Positions 7,607-16,334 of a stretch of DNA of 40,398 nt are shown piece after piece. The notes beneath the pieces are model-generated. The model did no database searches, was not told where the DNA came from, and saw nothing but the letters and a program-made list of their open reading frames with translations. Source of the DNA: a bacterium (GTDB taxonomy: Bacteria > Patescibacteriota > Minisyncoccia > Phycocordibacterales > Phycocordibacteraceae); the NCBI GenBank assembly GCA_027311385.1, contig DAICZA010000003.1, forward strand, positions 1-40,398, given 5' to 3'. Every line of letters starts with the position of its first letter. The first letter of the stretch is position 1. The position numbers and the translations under genes were made by a program.

Positions 7607-10018
7607 TTACTGAGCCGGTGCGGGCGCGGCCGCCGGCGTCGTCGGTGCCGGGCTGGCCGATGCGGGCGTTACCGAGAGGAGATTCGCCGGGAACGGATTC
7701 TTCCCCGCTTGGAGCTCGGCAAGCTGGGCGGCGACCGCCTTTGCGTTATCAGCCGACATATCCGAGATCGCCTGCACCTGTGTGATGGCATCCGGGAAAT
7801 TCTTCTGCTTCGCGTACACCGCCGCGAGGAAGTAGCGCGCGTTTGCGAATTGCGGATTCGCAGTGACCGCCGCGGAGAGCGCCGAGACGGCGTTCGCGAG
7901 GTCGTTCTGCGCCGCATACAGGATGCCGACCTGGAAGAGGATGTTCGGGTCGTTCGGCGTGAAGTACGCCGCGGCGAGTGCCGAGGTAAGCGCGTCTTTT
8001 ACGTTGCCGTCCTGCACCTCAAGCTGGGAGAGGAGGAAGATGGCGGCCGTATAGTCCTGCTTGAGCGCGATGGCGGCCTTCAGGTCGGCCTCGGCGGACT
8101 TGTTGTCCTTGTTCGCGATATCAAGCTGGGCGAGGACGTACGGTATCTGCGGATTCGTCGGATTGAGTTTCTGGGCACTGTCGTAGGCGGACTTCGCGCT
8201 GTCATAGGCGCCCTTCACGCCAAGCGGCACCGCCTGGGCGTAGAGATTACCGAGCGCAAGCCAGTTCTGGTAGTCGGACGGCATGAGGCGCGTCGCAGTC
8301 AGGGCCGCGTTGATACCAGTGGAGAGTGCCGTCTGGAACGCCTGCTGGGCGGCGGACGTTGGCATCGTTGACGATGCGACTATCTGGCTCAAACGCCCGG
8401 TGGCGACACCCGCTTCAATCTGATACGCGGCGGCGGTCGGTGCGAACGCGACGGAATTTTGCGCCGCCTGGTCGGCCTGGTCCAGGTTCCCCGCGGAGAA
8501 TGCCGCGCCGGCACTGGCGAGTTCCGCCGTGGCAATGGCGCGCCCGACGAGCGTATACGCGGCGACCACCGATGCGAGCAGAAGGATAGTCAGCGAGAAT
8601 ACGATGACGAAGCCGAGCCGCGGGCTCCGCGAGAAGATGACGCCCCATTGCTGGCTCCGCGCGGCGAAGCGCGTCGTGGACACGAAGAGACCGGCGAAGA
8701 CGAACGCGAGCACGAGGATGACCGCATTCGGCAGGTCAAAGACCGCGGTCGCGAAGAGGTAGAGCGCCGACACGAACGAGAGTATCGCGACGTAGCGGAC
8801 AAACGCGTCCTCCGGCGCGCGCAAGATAAGCATGCGCAAGCCGCACACGATGAACAGGAGGAGGAACGCAACCCACGCGAGCGCCCCCGCGAGACCGGTC
8901 GTCACGAGCGAGGTCGGGATGAAGCCGATGCCGGACGAGAAATCAATATTCCAGAACACGGTTGAGTTGAGCGATGCGTCGCGGTATTTGAGCCATTCTA
9001 CGCCGAACGTGCCCGGGCCGGATCCGAAGATCGGCGTGGTGGCGTAGGACTGGTGCGCAACCGAGAACGTTGACTGCCAGGAGGGACGGACATTCAGCAC
9101 ATTGACGTGGAGCGCATTCGCCAAAGCGCCGCCGAGCGTTCCGCCGATGAGGAAGAAGAGCGACACGGCAAGCACGAGGAGCGGCAGAACGAGCGAATGG
9201 CTGCCCTCGTCCGCCTCAGGCGTCGCGTCGCCAAGCATCGCCGCTTCATCTAGGTCGCCGTCGGCAGACTTGGGACCGCGCTGCATCACCGCCTCAACAA
9301 AGAGCCCGAGCGAGACGAGCGCAAGGAGCGTCCAGACGAGAGAGGAGTTGGCGATAGCGAGCAGGAACAGCGCCGCAATGCCGCTCGCGGCGAGCAGTTG
9401 GTACGCGCGGCGCGGCAATTGAAGGAACCGGAACGTGATGAGGACGCCGACGACGCCGAGCCCCATCAGGAACGCGAGGTCGTTAAACGAACCGACGAGC
9501 GAGAACGCGGGGGAAATGGTATTCGGCGCAAACTGCCCGATGATGACCACCAACACTTCAAGAAGCGCAGCGACGCCGAACACAAACGCACTGGTGCGCA
9601 GGAAAGAGCGGTAGTGTTCGGAACGGCGGAGGATGAATGCGGCGAGCGTACCGAGAACGGCCGCGACGAGCATAAAGCCGAACGTATCCGGTTCAAGCGC
9701 CGTTCCCCAAAACGTAGTGCCGAATGCCACGCCCGAGAACGATGCCGAGAGCGCGTAGGCGATAGCCGGCAGCCACAATGCGCCGACGAGCATAAACGGC
9801 GGGAGGATAATGTTCCCGCGCGCGAGCCGCGCGAGGATGTAGAGCGCAAGCGTGATGAGCGCGCCTGCAGCAAGCAGGAAGGTTTTCGTCGTGGAAAGTG
9901 GAATCGCCGAAGACGGGATGAAAAAGAACACGCCCACGATGAGTGTCACAAGAAGCGCCCACACACTTATGGTCTCAAGCGAACGTCGGCGCGAAGCCGT
10001 TGGTTGATACGGAGGCAT
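7607..10018 (-). CDS. Large polytopic membrane protein: O-antigen ligase/Wzy-like region plus C-terminal TPR repeats
   Basis: 803 aa with more than 10 predicted TM helices. The C-terminal ~250 aa are degenerate 34-aa TPR-like repeats (e.g. NWLALGNLYAQ, NILFQVGILYAAQNDLANAVSALSAAV, ARYFLAAVYAKQKNFPDAI). Confidence 0.65.
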   Translation of the reverse strand: MPPYQPTASRRRSLETISVWALLVTLIVGVFFFIPSSAIPLSTTKTFLLAAGALITLALYILARLARGNIILPPFMLVGALWLPAIAYALSASFSGVAFGTTFWGTALEPDTFGFMLVAAVLGTLAAFILRRSEHYRSFLRTSAFVFGVAALLEVLVVIIGQFAPNTISPAFSLVGSFNDLAFLMGLGVVGVLITFRFLQLPRRAYQLLAASGIAALFLLAIANSSLVWTLLALVSLGLFVEAVMQRGPKSADGDLDEAAMLGDATPEADEGSHSLVLPLLVLAVSLFFLIGGTLGGALANALHVNVLNVRPSWQSTFSVAHQSYATTPIFGSGPGTFGVEWLKYRDASLNSTVFWNIDFSSGIGFIPTSLVTTGLAGALAWVAFLLLFIVCGLRMLILRAPEDAFVRYVAILSFVSALYLFATAVFDLPNAVILVLAFVFAGLFVSTTRFAARSQQWGVIFSRSPRLGFVIVFSLTILLLASVVAAYTLVGRAIATAELASAGAAFSAGNLDQADQAAQNSVAFAPTAAAYQIEAGVATGRLSQIVASSTMPTSAAQQAFQTALSTGINAALTATRLMPSDYQNWLALGNLYAQAVPLGVKGAYDSAKSAYDSAQKLNPTNPQIPYVLAQLDIANKDNKSAEADLKAAIALKQDYTAAIFLLSQLEVQDGNVKDALTSALAAAYFTPNDPNILFQVGILYAAQNDLANAVSALSAAVTANPQFANARYFLAAVYAKQKNFPDAITQVQAISDMSADNAKAVAAQLAELQAGKNPFPANLLSVTPASASPAPTTPAAAPAPAQ

Positions 10019-10107
10019 GGTGAATGAAATTGATACTATTTATGGTAATGCCGTTCAGTATACTCCGCCGGTCTCCGGATAAGACGCTTATCCACACATT
10101 ACAACAC

Positions 10108-10177
10108 GAGGTGTCACCTTACGTTTATCACATGTTTCTAGTTGTCCTATTGACTTCGTGAGGTGACACCTTACACT
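10108..10177 (+). promoter_or_regulatory. Two 15-nt copies of a palindromic box overlapping a candidate promoter
   Basis: GAGGTGTCACCTTAC (10108-10122) and GAGGTGACACCTTAC (10160-10174). Each core AGGTGnCACCT is a palindrome. The second sits in the spacer of TTGACT (10150-10155), 16 nt, TACACT (10172-10177), 8 nt before ATG 10186. Confidence 0.5.
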
Positions 10178-10185
10178 TGCAGGAT

Positions 10186-10857
10186 ATGGCAAGGACAAAT
10201 GGGCCGTTTACTGCCGGTGAGTGGTACCACTGCTACAACCGCAGTATTGAGAAGCGCATTTCATTTGAGGATTCTCAGGATTACCAACGGTTTCTGGAGC
10301 TTCTCTATTTGGCAAATGACGAGTCGCCTCTCCGGCGCGGCGACATAGGCGCCCGCACCTTTAAGGAGGTTCTGGGTATCCCCCGCGGCAAGGCGCTTGT
10401 CGCCATCGGCGCGTTCTGCCTGATGCCGAACCGCTTTGACTTGGTGTTGCGCGAGGTCTCTGAGGGCGGCATCACCACATTTATGCGGAAGCTCGGGACA
10501 GCCTATACCCTCTACTTCAACGCACGGCACAAGCGGGTGGGCAACCTGTTCCTTAAACCCTTCCAGTCCAGCCACGTGCCTATGGGCCGTTCATTCCAGC
10601 ACATAGTCAGCTACATACACTCTAATCCGGCAATGCTCTATGAACCAAAATGGGAACGCAACCACGTCGTGGACCCTCAGTTCTTGGAAGAACGCTTGAT
10701 GGCATATCCGTATTCAAGCCTTGCCGCCCATACCGGCGCGCCGGCACCAACCCGCGCCATTCTGGACGCACAGGTGCTCTCTGCGGCGCGGGTGCTTCCC
10801 CTGCAGAAGATGTTGCAGGAGGCGCGGCAGTATGCCGCTGATTTCGAGACCCCGTAA
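10186..10857 (+). CDS. IS200/RayT-like Y1 transposase homologue with degenerate HUH motif
   Basis: WYHCYNRSIEKRISFEDSQDYQRFLELL, FCLMPNRFDLVL, YTLYFNARHKRVGNLFLKPFQS and SYIHSNPAM follow the COG1943/REP-associated transposase pattern. The HxH positions read R-F-D. The ORF opens at TTG 10177. Confidence 0.7.
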   Translation: MARTNGPFTAGEWYHCYNRSIEKRISFEDSQDYQRFLELLYLANDESPLRRGDIGARTFKEVLGIPRGKALVAIGAFCLMPNRFDLVLREVSEGGITTFMRKLGTAYTLYFNARHKRVGNLFLKPFQSSHVPMGRSFQHIVSYIHSNPAMLYEPKWERNHVVDPQFLEERLMAYPYSSLAAHTGAPAPTRAILDAQVLSAARVLPLQKMLQEARQYAADFETP

Positions 10858-10890
10858 GGGGGACGCTACGCGCTTTTATATTAAGTGTGG

Positions 10891-10896
10891 TATAAT
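10891..10896 (+). promoter_or_regulatory. -10 box (TATAAT, preceded by TGg) for rnpB
   Basis: gtgTGgTATAAT lies 6-7 nt before the first base of the P1 helix of RNase P RNA. Confidence 0.6.
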
Positions 10897-10900
10897 GAGC

Positions 10901-11245
10901 GCGGACCGGGCTGGGCGATCGCTCCGCAGGAAACTGCGGGGAGGAAAGTCCGAACATGCTCCCGCCGCAAGGCGGGAAATAGGTAGCGGGTAACGCCCGT
11001 CGTCCGCGAGGATAGAGGTGACCACAGAAACGTCAACGCCGAAAGGCCGCGAATTCCCTCGTGGAATAGGTCCGCCGCGAGGCGGAAATGCAACGAACAA
11101 ATCCTTACCCGCATGCAAGGCCGTGCCCGACTTCGGTCGGGAGTGCCGCTCGAGCCTGACGGCAACGTCGGGCCCAGATAAATGACCGCCTCGGCCCTCT
11201 TCATGAAGGTCCAGACAGAATTCGGCTTATCGGCCCGGTCCAACT
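10901..11245 (+). ncRNA. rnpB: RNase P RNA, bacterial type A
   Basis: Universal elements GGAGGAAAGTCCGAAC, ACAGAAA, AGATAAATGACCGCC and ACAGAATTCGGCTTATCGG are present. P1 pairing is GGACCGGGC (10903-10911) with GCCCGGTCC (11233-11241). Confidence 0.95.
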
Positions 11246-11249
11246 TAAT

Positions 11250-11281
11250 GCGAAATCCCGCGCTCCTGCGCGGGATTTCGC
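11250..11281. terminator. Bidirectional 14-bp hairpin between rnpB and the RNR gene
   Basis: GCGAAATCCCGCGC-tcct-GCGCGGGATTTCGC, between convergent rnpB (+) and nrdJ (-). Confidence 0.7.
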
Positions 11282-11294
11282 ATTTCCGGAATCA

Positions 11295-13676
11295 CTACAC
11301 TATCTCGCAGGTGCCGCCGGCGCACGCCAATTCCCTTTTCATGTCGCTCTCGTCCTGCCGTTCGTACGCGATGAGCTGGGAGTAATCCACCTTCGGGAAG
11401 CGCGCGAGGCGCTCCTCGTACTCCTCTTTCGTAATGGCTTCGTAGGGCGCGAGACGATACACATGATTGGAACGCGGGAGGAACGAGAGTCCACCGATGA
11501 TGTCCCAGTTTTTCTGAATCCAGTCCACGACGCCGATCCACTCATCCTCGCCCACTGAAACGGTCGCTGACGGGTTGTGATGCGTATAGTTGAGCTTCAC
11601 CATCTTCCAATACTCCAGCTGGTCAAGCGCCGTAAGGTCGTCCTTGAAACGCGCCTCCTTGGAGTGGTCGGGCGCCTTGACCGGGAATTCAAACACGAAC
11701 GTATTCGCCTCTTCCATAGACTGCCCTACCTCCGGGTAATACGGCACGCCCTGAGCGCGGAGCATCTTGAAGAGCGAGTCTGTTGCGCTGATGCGCACGC
11801 GGCGGATGTAGTACGGCGCGTGACGCGGGTGGATGCCGGAGGCGCAGTTAAATGTCTGCGAGACGGTGCCCGAGGGCTTCACCGCCGTGACCGACATAGA
11901 GCGTTCAATGCCGAATCGCTTCGCGTACGCCGCGTTTGTCTTGTCGGCCATATCGCGCATTTTGCGCATCACCTCGGCCCGGCGCACGACCGGAGAGTCC
12001 CACTGCCCCGTGATAGACACGCCGAGAAGCCGCTCTTTCTTATTGTGGTCAGTCCAGTCCTTGGAAATGTACTGGAAATTCGTAAGTGTGGATTGGTACG
12101 TGCCGATGAGAGCCGCAAGGCGCGCCTTCCGGAGGAGCGAAGCCTCGGTGTCGTGTGCGCGCGCGATGACTTCCGAGAGATTGCAGAACTGCTTGGACTG
12201 CAGGATGATTTCGGCGCACGGATTCGTGCCGACAGGACCGTGCGTCACGCCGTCCTCGCCGATGAACCCGATTGACTTGAAATAATCCACGCGACGTTTC
12301 GGCATCGTCTTTGCAAGCGAACCGCGGTTAAAGATGCCTCGCTCACCGCTCCCGCTCTTCATAAGCGCGACCCACTCGTCCATCAGCTCGGCGTTGGTCG
12401 GCTGGGTCTCATACACTGCTGAGTTATTGGCGACGGCGCGATGCGGGTCGGTCATATAGAACTGGCCCTTCTTAGCGTCGCGCATTTCCACGTCGTCCAG
12501 GTCGGAGAGCGATATCATCGCGGTGCGGCGCACGCCGCCGGCGACCACGCACTCGCCGATCTTGCAGATGACGTCGTGCGCATCAATGGCGCGCAGACGG
12601 CGCCCCTGGCGGCGCAGGACGCGCTCGCGTGCAAAGGCAAGCAGGGACTTGAGCGGTTCGGGGCCGCTCGCCTTCCCGCCCATCGTCTTCAGTCGCGCGC
12701 CTGCGGGGCGAATCTGCGAGAAATCAAACGTAATATCCTTGCCGGCGTACCACGTCGTGAGTCCGAGCGTGAGTGCATCGCACCAGCCCTCCTTGGAATC
12801 GGCAATGACGTGCGTCTCCAGTTTCTTCCCCGACTGCTTCATAATTTGCGGAAGCTGTTCCACATTCTGGCTCTCTACCGCAAAACCGACGCCGGCACCC
12901 TGCATAGACAGGTACATAATTTCAGCGAAGTCTTCCAGCTTGGTCGGCGCGGTAAACGTGCAGTTGTACGCGCACGTGTTACAGCGGCGCGCCGCCTCGC
13001 CCGAGAACTGCATCAAGCGCATTGAAGGCATCACTTCCTGCTTCAAGATACCCGTACGCACCTCGGAGTATTCTTTCTCGGTCAGTTTGTTGCCGAGGTT
13101 CTCGCGCATAAAACTGATGTAGCGGTCCACGGTCTCAATCCACGTCTCGCGGCGGCCCTCCTCCGGAATCCATTTCGCGTACGTGCGCAGGTAGACGAAC
13201 TCGCCGAGCGCGTTGCCGTCAAAATATTTCTTACTCTCCTCGGCGAGCTTCTTCACATGCGCCGGTATCTCCACGTGCGCGGCGCGCAGCTGCGCGCGCT
13301 TGTCGCGGTAAAGGATGTACGCCTTCGCCGTCTTCACGTAATCATTGAGAATGAGGTATTTCTCCACCGAATCCTGCATACCCTCAACCGTCGGGAGGAA
13401 ACTCTTGTACTTTTTAGAGAATCGCCCGAGCTCGCCGGAGACTTGGTGCGCAACGAGGACCGCATCTTCCTGGCCGCCTTCCCCCGCTTCCGCCATCGCC
13501 TTCTGCACGGCGGTGACAATCTTGTCAAAATCAAACGCGACGAGCCGACCGTCGCGTTTCTCCACTTGCGGAATCATTTCGCGGTATCGCAACGTCTCCT
13601 TTGAGACCGCCTGCTTTGCAACGGCAGTCGCGGTCGCGGTCTTCGTACGGGCGGAAACTTTTGCGGTTTTGGACAT
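11295..13676 (-). CDS. nrdJ: Class II (adenosylcobalamin-dependent) ribonucleotide reductase
   Basis: N-terminal ATP-cone (VEKRDGRLVAFDFDKIVTAV), GTNPCAEIILQSKQFCNLSEV active-site loop, and C-terminal redox tail CAGGTCEIV. Confidence 0.9.
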   Translation of the reverse strand: MSKTAKVSARTKTATATAVAKQAVSKETLRYREMIPQVEKRDGRLVAFDFDKIVTAVQKAMAEAGEGGQEDAVLVAHQVSGELGRFSKKYKSFLPTVEGMQDSVEKYLILNDYVKTAKAYILYRDKRAQLRAAHVEIPAHVKKLAEESKKYFDGNALGEFVYLRTYAKWIPEEGRRETWIETVDRYISFMRENLGNKLTEKEYSEVRTGILKQEVMPSMRLMQFSGEAARRCNTCAYNCTFTAPTKLEDFAEIMYLSMQGAGVGFAVESQNVEQLPQIMKQSGKKLETHVIADSKEGWCDALTLGLTTWYAGKDITFDFSQIRPAGARLKTMGGKASGPEPLKSLLAFARERVLRRQGRRLRAIDAHDVICKIGECVVAGGVRRTAMISLSDLDDVEMRDAKKGQFYMTDPHRAVANNSAVYETQPTNAELMDEWVALMKSGSGERGIFNRGSLAKTMPKRRVDYFKSIGFIGEDGVTHGPVGTNPCAEIILQSKQFCNLSEVIARAHDTEASLLRKARLAALIGTYQSTLTNFQYISKDWTDHNKKERLLGVSITGQWDSPVVRRAEVMRKMRDMADKTNAAYAKRFGIERSMSVTAVKPSGTVSQTFNCASGIHPRHAPYYIRRVRISATDSLFKMLRAQGVPYYPEVGQSMEEANTFVFEFPVKAPDHSKEARFKDDLTALDQLEYWKMVKLNYTHHNPSATVSVGEDEWIGVVDWIQKNWDIIGGLSFLPRSNHVYRLAPYEAITKEEYEERLARFPKVDYSQLIAYERQDESDMKRELACAGGTCEIV

Positions 13677-13761
13677 AAGCGAGGCGGTTTAGTGAGTAAG
13701 AATAAATCGGCTTGTTCCTCCTAGTTTACCCCCGCGCAAGCAAAATGACCTGTGGACAGCG

Positions 13762-14232
13762 CTACTCTAAAACGGTTGGGAAATTTTTCAACAGAAGCGG
13801 CGTACCGGTCTTGATTGCGTGCGCGCGAGCAAACCCAGCCGCGGTCTCTAGGACATATCGCGCCGGCGCTGTCGGATAAAAGACATCAGGGAAGCTGGAG
13901 GTCGCGACGTCCGGGGCGATGTACACGACTTGTCCTTGAGCGTTGAGCCAGAACATATCCAACGGCACGAGCGTATCCTTCATCCAGAAGCCGTAATAAC
14001 CGTCTTTTGGGAAGACAAAGAGCATCCCGTAGTTGTCCGGGATGCTGGTACGGCCGCCGAGGCCTTTCTCCCGCGCGGCCTCTGTTGTCGCATAATCAAT
14101 GCTTAAGGACACGCCGCCAAATTCGGCGGTCGGCGGCGGCTCAGCCGGCGGCGCTGATGTCCGAAAGAAGAACAGGGCTGCCCCGCCCGCAATAGCGAGG
14201 ATGGCAAGCCAAAAATACGCGTTCCGCAGCAT
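13762..14232 (-). CDS. DUF192 family protein with N-terminal membrane anchor
   Basis: MLFVFPKDGYYGFWMKDTLVPLDMFWLNAQGQVVYI matches my memory of the DUF192/COG1430 core. ATG 14232 is preceded by TACAGT (14240-14245) at 7 nt. The ORF opens at GTG 14241. Confidence 0.65.
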   Translation of the reverse strand: MLRNAYFWLAILAIAGGAALFFFRTSAPPAEPPPTAEFGGVSLSIDYATTEAAREKGLGGRTSIPDNYGMLFVFPKDGYYGFWMKDTLVPLDMFWLNAQGQVVYIAPDVATSSFPDVFYPTAPARYVLETAAGFARAHAIKTGTPLLLKNFPTVLE

Positions 14233-14315
14233 GGGTCGCACTGTAGCACGGCGCGTGGTAGATTACGGCCGGAAAGAAGCCCCCTAAATCAGCGCTACCA
14301 CCCTATGGAGACCGC

Positions 14316-14858
14316 ATGGACACCTATGAGATCCGCTTCCCAATCACGAATCAAAAACCGTACGACCAGGTATGCACCCTTCAAAATCAGGTCGCGCATT
14401 TCACTGCGGTTAACCCGCCGAACTTTGACACGCCCCCTTTTGTCACCTACATCCGACAAATACGGGGAGTCGATGACGTTGTCGCGGAAAAGCTCATAAA
14501 GAGCGTCGCCACACGAATGCGGCGGGCACCCATTGCCCTCCACGGTGTATTGCCGTCCAAGGAGCCGAACGTCGTCATCCTTCCGGCATTGGCGACACAG
14601 GGCGTCGCATCCCTGCTGAATGGAATTGCGGAAATTTTTTCGTTCCTGCCACACCAAGGCGGCGACACTGCCGCGGATAACATGCTGTACGTTCCCCTCA
14701 CCGCTGAATTATCGTCAGTATCCGATCGGACGCGGTCGCTCATCAGGGGAATCCTCGTTCCGCTCATAATCGCCCCTCTGACAATCATTGAGCTGTACCG
14801 GAAGCCGGTAGCAGGGGGAAAATACAAAAAGATTGCCTCTTTCCCTCTGCTGGAGTGA
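14316..14858 (+). CDS. Hypothetical protein (no family recognised)
   Basis: It is the longest ORF at this locus (180 aa) and is followed directly by a strong plus-strand terminator. The overlapping minus-strand ORFs have no such support. Confidence 0.55.
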   Translation: MDTYEIRFPITNQKPYDQVCTLQNQVAHFTAVNPPNFDTPPFVTYIRQIRGVDDVVAEKLIKSVATRMRRAPIALHGVLPSKEPNVVILPALATQGVASLLNGIAEIFSFLPHQGGDTAADNMLYVPLTAELSSVSDRTRSLIRGILVPLIIAPLTIIELYRKPVAGGKYKKIASFPLLE

Positions 14859-14878
14859 GGCAGGCACACAAACGCAAG

Positions 14879-14911
14879 GCGCCGGGGAGGATTTCCCCCG
14901 GCGCTTTTTTT
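14879..14911 (+). terminator. Rho-independent terminator
   Basis: GCGCCGGGG-aggattt-CCCCGGCGC followed by TTTTTTT. Confidence 0.85.
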
Positions 14912-14928
14912 ATTTCACTACGTTCAAG

Positions 14929-14950
14929 ACTGCGGAGACGGAGAGATTCG
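14929..14950 (-). pseudogene. Displaced 3' fragment of tRNA-Ser (T-arm 3' strand plus acceptor 3' strand)
   Basis: GCGGAGACGGAGAGATTCG (14932-14950) versus GCGGAGGCGGAGAGATTCG in the tRNA (15037-15055): 19 nt with 1 mismatch. Read on the minus strand the fragment gives CTCTC-CGTCTCC-G. Confidence 0.6.
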
Positions 14951-15034
14951 GTCACGCATAATTCCCTGCTGGGAATTTGCGCGACCCCGCCTCGCGCCGA
15001 CCCCATTTCGGCTTCGGATTCCGATTTCCAATTT

Positions 15035-15124
15035 TGGCGGAGGCGGAGAGATTCGAACTCTCGAGACCCTTTCGAGCCTGCCGCCTTTCCAAGGCGGTGG
15101 AATAAACCACTATCCGACGTCTCC
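15035..15124 (-). tRNA. tRNA-Ser (anticodon GGA), CCA encoded
   Basis: GGAGACG acceptor, anticodon stem CCGCC/GGCGG with loop TTGGAAA, long variable arm, T arm GAGAG-TTCGAAT-CTCTC, and 3' CGCCTCC-G-CCA. There is an A5:C68 mismatch in the acceptor stem. TATGAT (15131-15136) lies 6 nt upstream of the 5' end. Confidence 0.9.
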
Positions 15125-15376
15125 ATTCCTATCATACTGCGCTATTATGCGTTTTTTCTCAAGCCAGCCAAGCGGATGTTTTAGAAACCATTCGCGTTTC
15201 TCGGCTGCAGACTTAGTTGGGAAAGATTCCGTATATATGATGACCCAAGGTCGATACGGTTTAGTGGAACGAGTAGAGCCGTAATTATGCATTGAAAGTC
15301 GTTCATCCACATCGCGTGATGATCCAATATAGTACCGGTGGAATTTTAGACTCCGAAGAATATATACAAAATGCAT
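15110..15376 (-). CDS. Small GIY-YIG nuclease family protein
   Basis: MHFVYILRSLKFHRYYIGSSRDVDERLSMHN carries the GIY...YIG signature and conserved Arg region. The last 15 nt, including the stop, overlap the 5' end of tRNA-Ser. The longer ORF to 15448 overlaps the htpX end. Confidence 0.75.
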   Translation of the reverse strand: MHFVYILRSLKFHRYYIGSSRDVDERLSMHNYGSTRSTKPYRPWVIIYTESFPTKSAAEKREWFLKHPLGWLEKKRIIAQYDRNGDVG

Positions 15377-15390
15377 GGCATTCAGAATGT

Positions 15391-15416
15391 TACCCCGAAG
15401 GGGCCCCTTTGGGGTA
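15391..15416. repeat. GC palindrome TACCCCGAAGGGGCCCCTTTGGGGTA (family copy 1, intergenic)
   Basis: Near-perfect 26-nt palindrome between the htpX stop (15429) and the GIY-YIG start (15376). The core CCCCGAAGGGGCCCCTTnGGGG recurs at 20333-20354. Confidence 0.8.
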
Positions 15417-15428
15417 GCAGAAAAACCT

Positions 15429-16334
15429 TTATGTTGCCTGCGGGGCAAGCAACGCTTTGATGCGGTCGGGAATGGGCGGATGGGTGGAAAACATTTTCTC
15501 TATCCAATTGCTCGAACCCTGCCCCTTCGCGCCGAACGGGTCGCCGATGAAGAGGTGCGCCGTGGCGAGATTCGCGCTCTTCATCGGCGCGGCGTAGTTC
15601 CCTATCTTCTGGAGCGCGGAGGCAAGCCCTTCCGGATAGCGGGTCAAGAGTGCGCCGGAAGCGTCGGCCAGATACTCGCGCCGGCGCGAGACGGCCAGCT
15701 CAATGAGCTTCGCGGCAAGCGGCGCGAGCACGATGCCGATGATGGCGAGCGCCATAATGAGCGCATTCCCATTGTCCCGGTTGCTGCTGCGCCCGCCGCC
15801 CCAAAACGACATCCGCAGGAAGATGTTTGCAACGAGCGCGACGAAGCCGGCGAGCACGACGGCGATGGTCATGAGCAGCATATCGCGGTTCTTCACGTGC
15901 GAGAGCTCGTGCGCGACGACGCCCTCCAGTTCCGGCCGCGTCATCATCGCGAGGAGTCCGGTCGTCGCGCACACGACCGCGTGGGTCTCGTCGCGGCCGG
16001 TCGCAAAGGCGTTCGGCGCCGGGTCGTCTATCACGTAGAGCTTCGGCTTCGGCAATCCCGCCGTGATGGCGAGATTCTCGGTCACCGTATAGAAATCAAA
16101 GAATTCCTCGCGCGAAGCCGGCCGCGCATGATTCAGGGAGAGCACGAGCGTATCGCTCGCCCAGTAGGCGTAGAAATTCGTCGCCACGGCAATGACCACC
16201 GCGATGTAGAGAATGGCGGGGTTGCCGTAGTACCAGGAAATCGCGTACCCGACCGCGATGACTACGACCAGGAAGCCGAAAATGAGCGCCCACGTCCGGC
16301 GGATATTGCTTGCGCGCTGGTCGTAGAGGTTCAT
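15429..16334 (-). CDS. htpX: Zinc metalloprotease HtpX (M48)
   Basis: HELSHVKNRD (HExxH), four TM segments and typical HtpX length. The start overlaps the stop of the upstream GGDEF gene (ATGA). Confidence 0.9.
   Translation of the reverse strand: MNLYDQRASNIRRTWALIFGFLVVVIAVGYAISWYYGNPAILYIAVVIAVATNFYAYWASDTLVLSLNHARPASREEFFDFYTVTENLAITAGLPKPKLYVIDDPAPNAFATGRDETHAVVCATTGLLAMMTRPELEGVVAHELSHVKNRDMLLMTIAVVLAGFVALVANIFLRMSFWGGGRSSNRDNGNALIMALAIIGIVLAPLAAKLIELAVSRRREYLADASGALLTRYPEGLASALQKIGNYAAPMKSANLATAHLFIGDPFGAKGQGSSNWIEKMFSTHPPIPDRIKALLAPQAT

Noticed and set aside
10876-11243. Minus-strand ORFs of 80 and 120 aa, and the plus-strand ORF 10721-10993.
   Set aside because: They overlap RNase P RNA, whose universal sequence elements and P1 pairing explain the region.
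13677-13761. Cobalamin riboswitch or NrdR box upstream of the class II RNR gene.
   Set aside because: The spacer is only 85 nt, with no B12-box-like sequence and no palindromic NrdR-type box recognisable by eye.
14316-14858. Possible degenerate 2H-phosphoesterase (LigT-like) fold, from FVTY and PLTA at the expected HxT motif positions.
   Set aside because: Both histidines are absent and the resemblance is only topological. This is too weak to call without a profile search.
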